IMG/VR virus record: IMGVR_UViG_3300031867_000457
Span: 1 to 27,501 of that record
Reading direction: 5' to 3' (one strand)
DNA length: 27,501 nucleotides
Origin: a virus
Numbering within the stretch: the stretch's first letter is position 1; the number at the start of each line of letters is the position of its first letter. A model generated the notes under the pieces. It was given only the letters and a program-made list of their open reading frames with translations. It searched no databases and had not been told where the DNA came from. Position numbers and translations under genes: made by a program. Below, in pieces: positions 16,623-22,795 of this stretch.

Positions 16623-16654
16623 CAAAGGTACAGAAAATAAATCATTTATCCAAA
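16623..16654 (-). promoter_or_regulatory. canonical Bacteroidota sigma-A-type promoter of the transposase
   Basis: Minus strand reads TTTG (16654-16651), 20 nt, then TACCTTTG (16630-16623) followed by CA. An exact match to TTTG-N19-21-TAnnTTTG. Confidence 0.7.
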
Positions 16655-16736
16655 TATTTCATCCCTAAAATTCGGTATTTCGTCACATTTTTTATCCCTA
16701 TTTTATGGGATTAAATTGCTGATAATCATTGTATTT

Positions 16737-16772
16737 GGGGTGTTTTCATGGTTAACTGCCAAAAGTTTAGCC
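16737..16772. repeat. right terminal inverted repeat of the IS
   Basis: See the left repeat. The plus strand reads ggggtgttttcatggttaactgccaaaagtttagcc. Confidence 0.6.
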
Positions 16773-16788
16773 AAATTTGGAAATTTTT

Positions 16789-16824
16789 GGGAAAAATATA
16801 GAGAATATTTTAACTATTTTTCCC
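16789..16824. repeat. perfect 10-bp inverted repeat GGGAAAAATA / TATTTTTCCC with 16-nt loop, followed by TTTTCCC direct repeats
   Basis: Arms at 16789-16798 and 16815-16824. TTTTCCC recurs at 16829-16835 and TTCCCC at 16844-16849. Lies just outside the right IS end. Confidence 0.5.
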
Positions 16825-16963
16825 TTACTTTTCCCTATTTCAATTCCCCTAAACAATATGGGAAAAAGAGTATATAATAACAACTTAAAAGTAATATTTT
16901 TGAAAACAGGACATAAAAAATGGGCATTGTAATAATACCCACTTTATTCTTTAATAGATAGTT

Positions 16964-17047
16964 TCAACACAGACTGAACACTACATATAAAGCAATACTT
17001 AACAACAGAACAACACCACCTACAACTTCATAAATATCTTCTTTCAT
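16964..17047 (-). CDS. mini-ORF for a hydrophobic peptide (27 aa)
   Basis: Not in track. MKEDIYEVVGGVVLLLSIALYVVFSLC. The ATG lies 5 nt from the GTGTTTGA end of motif copy c5. Confidence 0.25.
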   Translation of the reverse strand: MKEDIYEVVGGVVLLLSIALYVVFSLC

Positions 17048-17051
17048 ATCA

Positions 17052-17091
17052 AGGTGTTTGAAATTTCTTCTTTTATGAATATATGTATGTA
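17052..17091 (+). promoter_or_regulatory. copy c5 of the bipartite motif, the only copy in plus orientation
   Basis: Plus strand reads AGGTGTTTGA-AATTTCTTCTTTTATG-AATATATGTATGTA. Its sense direction runs antisense into the 89-aa gene. Confidence 0.5.
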
Positions 17092-17108
17092 CAATGAATA
17101 GGGAATAA

Positions 17109-17378
17109 TCAAATACAATATATCTCTTTTATCTTATCCTTAACATCTATATTTTTAATCATACCTAACAATTTCTTAATACCAACCTTTTTTAATACTT
17201 TCAATTCTTGTTTATGGATAATATCAGGTATTTCATTATATTTATCCGAACTAAGATTGTTAAGTATTTCAGCCGTTTCTTCATAAGGAAATTTAAACCT
17301 TATGTGTTGTTCTTTAATCTGCTTGTAGGTTATTGGTTTACTATTTACCAATACCTTAACCATTTCTTCAAATTCCAT
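17109..17378 (-). CDS. hypothetical protein (89 aa)
   Basis: Track ORF with ATG start, 1-nt gap to the upstream gene. K/E/I-rich. No family recognised. Confidence 0.5.
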   Translation of the reverse strand: MEFEEMVKVLVNSKPITYKQIKEQHIRFKFPYEETAEILNNLSSDKYNEIPDIIHKQELKVLKKVGIKKLLGMIKNIDVKDKIKEIYCI

Positions 17379-17379
17379 A

Positions 17380-17931
17380 TTATAATTTTTTATAGGTTAC
17401 ATACAGATAACATTGGTTTATATCCTCATTTAGAATATTCCATTTTTCTTTATTATATCCTCTCCAATACCATTTATTATCTATCCCTATTTCAATTTTA
17501 TCCAAGGCATATAAATACCCATTATACATTCTTGCAGGCGATGGTGTGTTTTTAATAAGCGGATTATAAGCAAGTTCAATAAACCAATCAGGATTTATAG
17601 TTTCATTATATCTAACCTTAAATCCTATATGTACATCATTTTTAGTGTTATATTCAACCATATTACAAAGGTTATGAACATGTTTAACAAAATCCATTGT
17701 ATTTGGTTTATCACATCTGTTTAATAAGTCCAAAGCGGTATCAGTAAGTGTAATATCATAATCCCCTAATTCAACATATCCCATTTCCTGTAATTTCATC
17801 AATGATATTATTGCAGATGGTTCTATATTTAGTTCAATACCGTTTTGATATTTATATAGCAGTACACAAAGGGTTATCTGTTCAGAAATGTTCAATCCAA
17901 GTTGATGTAAAAGTTTATACAGGCTGTTCAT
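17380..17931 (-). CDS. hypothetical protein (183 aa), possible N-terminal winged-helix
   Basis: Track ORF with ATG start. LMKLQEMGYVELGD resembles a wHTH recognition segment. Preceded by a consensus host-type promoter. Confidence 0.5.
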   Translation of the reverse strand: MNSLYKLLHQLGLNISEQITLCVLLYKYQNGIELNIEPSAIISLMKLQEMGYVELGDYDITLTDTALDLLNRCDKPNTMDFVKHVHNLCNMVEYNTKNDVHIGFKVRYNETINPDWFIELAYNPLIKNTPSPARMYNGYLYALDKIEIGIDNKWYWRGYNKEKWNILNEDINQCYLYVTYKKL

Positions 17932-17955
17932 ATTGATTTAATTTAAAACAATCTG

Positions 17956-17987
17956 CAAAGTTACTAAATTATTTTCATATATCCAAA
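17956..17987 (-). promoter_or_regulatory. canonical Bacteroidota-type promoter upstream of the 183-aa gene
   Basis: Minus strand reads TTTG (17987-17984), 20 nt, then TAACTTTG (17963-17956) followed by CA. The ATG is 25 nt downstream. Confidence 0.65.
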
Positions 17988-17989
17988 TC

Positions 17990-18418
17990 TTATCTGATAT
18001 TTATGTATATTTTTTCTCCATTATCCCATGCTGTTTTAATTACACTCATCAATTTTTTCATTGATTTCTTACTATTTATAACCTTACCTTTTACTTTGTT
18101 TTCTCCTACCAATATACAGCCTTTTGTATCTTCTTTATTGTTACCTGCGTGGATTCTAATATCTTTGAACATTGGTACATCTAATAATTCAGGTAATATC
18201 TTTTTGAAGTGTGGGGAATAACTTAATATTACCTCATATCTTCCTTCAGGTATGGCTGTTTCTCCATATATCTTATCTTCAATTGTATCTAATGTTCTTA
18301 CCTTATCTTCTAAAGTATCACATAGATATTCACCATTTATATATAGGTTTCCAATGGTATAATCTTCTTTCTTATATAATCTATCTATTCTTATATCCAT
18401 ATATCCATTTACATACAT
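17990..18418 (-). CDS. candidate endolysin / cell-wall enzyme with His...Gly-Cys motif (142 aa)
   Basis: IRIHAGNNKEDTKGCILVGENK resembles the H-x(n)-G-C signature of YkuD-type L,D-peptidoglycan enzymes. It is the last gene of a holin-like / spanin-like / this-gene cluster. The ATG lies inside motif c4, with an alternative Met 6 codons later (MDIRIDR). Confidence 0.35.
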   Translation of the reverse strand: MYVNGYMDIRIDRLYKKEDYTIGNLYINGEYLCDTLEDKVRTLDTIEDKIYGETAIPEGRYEVILSYSPHFKKILPELLDVPMFKDIRIHAGNNKEDTKGCILVGENKVKGKVINSKKSMKKLMSVIKTAWDNGEKIYINIR

Positions 18419-18449
18419 ATATTCACAGAAAAAGAAAAATCAAACACCT
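18410..18449 (-). promoter_or_regulatory. copy c4 of the bipartite motif
   Basis: Minus strand reads AGGTGTTTGA-TTTTTCTTTTTCTGTG-AATATATGTATGTA. Box A overlaps the last codons and stop of the upstream gene (..G V stop = GGTGTTTGA). Box B contains the start codon of the downstream gene. Confidence 0.5.
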
Positions 18450-18874
18450 AACTTCCATTTAATAAGTTTGATTAGTCCGATTATTATTAGTATTGTTAGA
18501 ATGCCTGCTACATAACAAACAACATACCATTTTATACTTGGTTCTGTTTGTTTTGTTTCATCGGTTTGTTCTGTTTTATTTTCCTCTATTTCTGCCTTAT
18601 TATCTGTTTTTTCCTCTGTTACAACCTTATCATTGTTTACTTCCTTTATATCAATTTTCTTCTTTATCGGGTATTCATTTCTTATTGTGTCATAAATGGT
18701 TTCATATTCGTATATTGTGATATATTTGGTAGTGTTTTTATTGGTTGTTTCGGTTTTATCTGTTTTAGTTTCTGATTCTGTTATTTTCTCTGCTTCCTTT
18801 TCTATTTTGATATGTTGCTGTGTTTTACATGCAGGGAATAATAACAGGACTAATATTAACATCCATTTTTTCAT
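18440..18874 (-). CDS. lipoprotein with C-terminal TM anchor, u-spanin-like architecture (144 aa)
   Basis: Signal peptide plus Cys (MKKWMLILVLLLFPAC), an E/K/T-rich middle, and a C-terminal TM WYVVCYVAGILTILIIIGLIKLI. This is the same topology as unimolecular spanins such as T1 gp11. Confidence 0.4.
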   Translation of the reverse strand: MKKWMLILVLLLFPACKTQQHIKIEKEAEKITESETKTDKTETTNKNTTKYITIYEYETIYDTIRNEYPIKKKIDIKEVNNDKVVTEEKTDNKAEIEENKTEQTDETKQTEPSIKWYVVCYVAGILTILIIIGLIKLIKWKLGV

Positions 18875-18895
18875 ATCACATCATTTATTTAACGT

Positions 18896-18955
18896 TTAAG
18901 GGGCTTTTACAACTCAGTAATAAAAACTATTATCTAAATCATAAAAACCCCTTAA
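18896..18955. repeat. 8-bp perfect inverted repeat TTAAGGGG / CCCCTTAA, 44-nt spacer, in the holin-spanin intergenic gap
   Basis: Arms at 18896-18903 and 18948-18955. G/C blocks stand out in AT-rich DNA. Function unknown; could be an attenuator or terminator. Confidence 0.35.
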
Positions 18956-18967
18956 ATCTAATTTATT

Positions 18968-19201
18968 TCATTCTTCTTTGTTATCGGTTTCATTCTTCAA
19001 TTTTGCTATTTGAATCTTTGTATATTCTCCTATTCCAAAGACACTTCCAAAGAATGTTAGAAATTCACCTGTAGCAGTTAGAACAGAAGCACTAATTTCA
19101 CCTTCAGGTGGAACACAAAACCCTGCTATACATAAACCTATACCTGATAGAAAGGCTATAATAGCAGCAATCCATACAATATAATCACGTGCCTTTTTCA
19201 T
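18968..19201 (-). CDS. holin-like small membrane protein (77 aa)
   Basis: Two hydrophobic segments (IVWIAAIIAFLSGIGLCIAGFCV; FLTFFGSVFGIG) and a charged C-terminal tail (KLKNETDNKEE). Located directly after the fibre gene. Confidence 0.45.
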   Translation of the reverse strand: MKKARDYIVWIAAIIAFLSGIGLCIAGFCVPPEGEISASVLTATGEFLTFFGSVFGIGEYTKIQIAKLKNETDNKEE

Positions 19202-19232
19202 AGTGGTATAATTTTTAACAATATTATTTTAA

Positions 19233-22200
19233 TTAGAACAACGCCCCTATATCAACACCTACTGCATCAGCAATTTTTTTCAATATATCTTGCAATGTCA
19301 TAATATCAGGATTATCATACTTAGTTTCAGTTCCGTTATAATAACCCAAACCATATACATAGATGTCGCCATTTTGCATTATTTCAAAGGCATTCTTTCT
19401 TTCACCATCTTCACCAATACCTACTGAAACAACAGTATTGCCTTCGTGATGTACTTCCGAAACATCTACTGAGTGTGAAACATTATATCTACCTTGTGCG
19501 TGTTCGTTTATATTATTGGTTTCAGTTGCAAAACCTTCGGCGTGTGAATGTGTTGCACTTGCTTGAGTTATAGTTAAACACCCTTCTGCGTGTGAATAAG
19601 CACCTTCAGCAGAACATCCATCACCATTAGTTATAGAACCACAACCAGAATCATATCCATAACCAAGTGCAGAAATTGTATTGTTAGTGATGTCGATATT
19701 GTCGCCTGTTCCAAGTGCATCTTGTTTTCCTCTAATAGTTTCCTGCAAAGTCTGCAAACCACTTGGTGCACCTGTTTCACCTTTAATATGTACTCCATCA
19801 TAGTTACCAATACCAATCAAATAAACTTGTCCTGATTGCATTACTTCAACAGCGTTCTTTCTTGCATCATCAGCCGTACCGATACCTATAGAATGAACTG
19901 TATTACCCAAATTACCGTCGAAACTATCGGTTATGTAGTGCGAAACATTATAAGAACCTTGTGCGTGTTCAGCATTACACAATGTTTTGGTAAATCTACC
20001 TTCGGCGTGTGAGTTAAGTCCATTAGTGATTGTTTCACTTCCTTCAGCGTGAGATTGGTTACCATTTGCGATTGTTCTACTACCTTCAACGTGTGTGTTA
20101 TTACCATTTGCGATTGTGCTACCACCTTCCGCGTGAGAATTAGTACCTTTTGCAAACGTTAATTTGCCTTCTGAGTGAGAGTTAACACCATAAGCAATAG
20201 TGGCATTACCTTCAGCGTGTGCATAATCACCTGCATCTGTTTTACTATCAGCAGTTTTTGGATTAGTTGTTTCAGAAGCGTAATTACCACCTGTTTCTGA
20301 ACCATCACCCTCGGCGTGTGACGCATATCCATTAGCAACTGCTTGTCGTCCTTCTGTATGCGAATTTGTACCCTTTGCTTCTGTACTACCACCTTCAGCG
20401 TGTGAATTTATACCATCTGCTTTTGTACCACTACCTTCTGCGTGTGCACGTGCGCCCGATGCGACTGAATTTATACCTTCAGCGTGTGAACAATTTCCTT
20501 TTGCAAATGTTTGTTGTCCCTCTGAATGTGATGCAATACCATAAGCAATTGTAGCACTACCTTCTGCGTGTGAATAGTCACCCGTTGTTGTTGTTCTGCT
20601 ATTAGGTGTTTTAGGATTGGTTGTATTACTTGAATAATTACCACCTGTTTCGCAAGTGTCACCCTCAGCGTGTGAAGCATATCCATTTACTGTTGTATTT
20701 TTACCTTCAGCGTGTCCATTAGCACCAGCTGCTGCTACAGTTGTTACACCACCCTCTGCGTGAGAATGTGCACCAATTGCACGAGTACCATTACCTTCTG
20801 TATGTGAATAATTACCTTTAGCAAAAGTTGTTTTACCTTCTGAATGTGCAGCAACACCATACGCAATGGTAGCATTACCTTCAGCGTGTGCATACGCACC
20901 TGCATCTGTACTACCACCTGCTGTTTTGGGGTTAGATAATACAGAACCATAATTACCACCTGTTTCTGTATTATAGCCTTCAGTGTGTGATGCATATGCT
21001 GTACTATTTGCTTTAGTTGAACGTCCTTCTGCGTGGGAAACATTTCCACTTGCTGTTGATTCTGCACCCTCAACGTGGGATGCAATTCCTTCTGCATTTG
21101 TGTTACTACCTTCTGCGTGTGAGTTATTACCACTTGCAATTGTTGATAATCCTTCAGAGTGGGCAGTTGAACCTTGTGCTGTTGTACCATTACCTTCTGC
21201 GTGTGAAGCCCGTCCTGTAGCACTAGTATTAATACCTTCAGCGTGCGCCATAATACCTGTAGCAGTTGATTTATAACGAATAGTACCGTTTTCATCAATA
21301 TCCCTATCACCTTCAGCAAAAGCACCGTTTGATGTATTATATCTATAACCAATTGCCTTTATAGCATTGTTGGTAATGTCTATGTTATCACCTGCAGAAT
21401 AAGTTGTATCATTTGCAGATATAGTAGTACCATTGATTGTGATGTTATTACCTGCTGTAAGTGTGGCTTGTTTACCACCCAATAATGTATCAACTTCTGT
21501 TTTGTTGTAATAGTTTGACAAATCAACCTCAGTAGAACCAATCTTTTCCCAAGCATTGTTGATGTACATATATTCGTCATAAACATCAGGATTTGCACCA
21601 CCTGCTTTAGGAACGAAATATATAGTATTCACTTCACCTGTTGCAGGAAGTGTTTGAACAACTTCTACACTAAATCCTGCATCAATCACAGCGGATATAG
21701 TATTGTTTGTGATAACTATATTTTGTCCTGCTGTCAACACATCTTGTTTACCACTGATAACCTGTTGAAGTGTTTTTACAGTTTCATATCCTTGTTCAGA
21801 TTTGATATGCACACCATCATAATTACCAACACCTTTGATATAAACATCTGCGTTCTGCATTACCTCAACAGCATTGGATTGTGTATCTGTGTATCGTCCA
21901 TTACCGATAGAATGAAGTGTGTGATTACCGTCACCTTGCCAAGTAGTTGCAGCATTAGATGCTGTTTTGTGTGATATGTTTGCAGCACCTTGTGCGTGTT
22001 CTGCGTAGTTTTGTGTTTGAGTGAACAAACCTTCTGTATGTGAGTCATCACCAACAGCACATAAATCATCAGCAGAAGCACCTTCGCCCTCAGCGTGTGC
22101 CCTTAAACCTCTTGCTTTTGTATATCCGCCTTCAGAGTGTGATTGTCTTCCAATTGCTTTAGTTTGGTAGCCTTCTGCGTGTGAATAGTTTGCTTTTGCT

Positions 22201-22790
22201 TCTGTTTCACCACCCTCGGCGTGTGATGCTGTTTCAGATGCTTTTGTCAAGTTGCCTTCAGCGTGTGTAACAAATCCCGAAGCCTGTGTTAAGTTGCCTT
22301 CAGCGTGGCAACCATAATCACCGCTTGCTGTTGTGCTATATCCTTCTGCGTGAGAACCTAATCCTGTAGCAGTATTTTCAACAACCTGTCCACCATCAGC
22401 AGCATCTTGTTTGTATTTCTCAGCAAAACCGCCATTTGTATCACCGTTGAACTTGTAACCTTTAGCAGAAATAGTATCGTTAGCAATATCGATGTTTTCG
22501 CCTGCTGTCAACGCGCCTTGTTTGTTTGATAGTTCGGAGTTTATTTTGTTTGAACTCCAAGTTTTATCGGTTCTTACAGAAGTATCATCTATAATGTGTC
22601 CTAATTCCTCAGCCAACGGTAATATTTCTAAAAGAATAGAATAAACATCATCAAAATCTTCCTCACTACCACCAAGTTCCCTGTATATATTCATTGAAAG
22701 CGAATAAATACTTTCAAAAGGTATAGGTTCTGTACCTAACCTTGCACTAATTTCCTGTGCTATTTCGTAATTTGAATTAAAATCTGCCAT
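19233..22790 (-). CDS. tail fibre / host-adhesion protein built from 14-residue H-x-E-G repeats (1185 aa)
   Basis: About 35-40 copies of (S/A)H(A/S/T)EG spaced 14 residues apart, for example SHAEGGETEAKANY-SHAEGYQTKAIGRQ-SHSEGGYTKARGLR-AHAEG. Three modules each end in EHAQG..N.SH...HSIG.G...NA.E.MQ.G..Y..G.G.Y.G. GKQ..LTAG.NI.I.N.TISA linkers join them. A fibre-collar motif is present: LPATGEVNTIYFVP...YDEYMYINNAWEKIGS. Confidence 0.75.
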   Translation of the reverse strand: MADFNSNYEIAQEISARLGTEPIPFESIYSLSMNIYRELGGSEEDFDDVYSILLEILPLAEELGHIIDDTSVRTDKTWSSNKINSELSNKQGALTAGENIDIANDTISAKGYKFNGDTNGGFAEKYKQDAADGGQVVENTATGLGSHAEGYSTTASGDYGCHAEGNLTQASGFVTHAEGNLTKASETASHAEGGETEAKANYSHAEGYQTKAIGRQSHSEGGYTKARGLRAHAEGEGASADDLCAVGDDSHTEGLFTQTQNYAEHAQGAANISHKTASNAATTWQGDGNHTLHSIGNGRYTDTQSNAVEVMQNADVYIKGVGNYDGVHIKSEQGYETVKTLQQVISGKQDVLTAGQNIVITNNTISAVIDAGFSVEVVQTLPATGEVNTIYFVPKAGGANPDVYDEYMYINNAWEKIGSTEVDLSNYYNKTEVDTLLGGKQATLTAGNNITINGTTISANDTTYSAGDNIDITNNAIKAIGYRYNTSNGAFAEGDRDIDENGTIRYKSTATGIMAHAEGINTSATGRASHAEGNGTTAQGSTAHSEGLSTIASGNNSHAEGSNTNAEGIASHVEGAESTASGNVSHAEGRSTKANSTAYASHTEGYNTETGGNYGSVLSNPKTAGGSTDAGAYAHAEGNATIAYGVAAHSEGKTTFAKGNYSHTEGNGTRAIGAHSHAEGGVTTVAAAGANGHAEGKNTTVNGYASHAEGDTCETGGNYSSNTTNPKTPNSRTTTTGDYSHAEGSATIAYGIASHSEGQQTFAKGNCSHAEGINSVASGARAHAEGSGTKADGINSHAEGGSTEAKGTNSHTEGRQAVANGYASHAEGDGSETGGNYASETTNPKTADSKTDAGDYAHAEGNATIAYGVNSHSEGKLTFAKGTNSHAEGGSTIANGNNTHVEGSRTIANGNQSHAEGSETITNGLNSHAEGRFTKTLCNAEHAQGSYNVSHYITDSFDGNLGNTVHSIGIGTADDARKNAVEVMQSGQVYLIGIGNYDGVHIKGETGAPSGLQTLQETIRGKQDALGTGDNIDITNNTISALGYGYDSGCGSITNGDGCSAEGAYSHAEGCLTITQASATHSHAEGFATETNNINEHAQGRYNVSHSVDVSEVHHEGNTVVSVGIGEDGERKNAFEIMQNGDIYVYGLGYYNGTETKYDNPDIMTLQDILKKIADAVGVDIGALF
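19971..20999 (-). repeat. tandem triplication (about 315-360 nt units) inside the fibre gene
   Basis: Three units (about aa 598-702, 703-820, 821-940) each read YASH.EG....ETGGNY.S...NPKT.......G.Y.HAEG.ATIAYG...HSEG..TFAKG..SH.EG. At DNA level they share near-identical blocks such as ccacctgtttc...caccctc.gcgtgtga.gcatatccatt. Confidence 0.7.
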
Positions 22791-22795
22791 ATTCC

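Larger units (their letters stand above)
15390..16772 (-). mobile_element. IS1595-family insertion sequence (about 1383 bp)
   Basis: A single DDE transposase ORF flanked by 36-bp imperfect terminal inverted repeats (28/36 by hand alignment). Carries its own promoter and terminator. The size fits a one-gene IS1595-type element. No 8-bp target duplication found. Confidence 0.7.

Noticed and set aside
14975-17091. Motif copies c3 and c5 as the terminal inverted repeats of a 2.1-kb IS carrying a passenger gene
   Set aside because: A tighter and better TIR pair (28/36) lies at 15390-15425 / 16737-16772 and gives a normal 1.38-kb IS1595-type element. The c motif also occurs at three other places in front of phage genes. 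No target duplication flanks c3/c5.
13547-17108. tRNA, tmRNA, integrase or attachment-site signatures in the long non-coding stretches; also telomere-like CCCTAACCCT at 14430-14439
   Set aside because: I could not fold any cloverleaf-type stem arrangement by eye. No tyrosine or serine recombinase ORF is present. CCCTAA occurs only as two adjacent copies plus scattered single hits, which is consistent with chance.
19971-20999. CRISPR array or other spacer-repeat structure
   Set aside because: The only regular DNA periodicity is the in-frame protein repeat of the fibre gene. There are no short identical direct repeats with unique spacers anywhere in the window and no cas genes.
19631-22081. 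Nine alternative-frame ORFs inside the fibre gene on both strands, including the 202-aa ORF 20744..21352
   Set aside because: They are by-products of the strictly periodic H-x-E-G coding repeat. Their translations are periodic V/L/K/Q/H strings. The 1185-aa frame is the only one with coherent domain structure.
19233-22790. Diversity-generating retroelement targeting the fibre gene
   Set aside because: There is no reverse-transcriptase ORF in the window. No non-coding template copy of the fibre 3' region was seen in the intergenic DNA.
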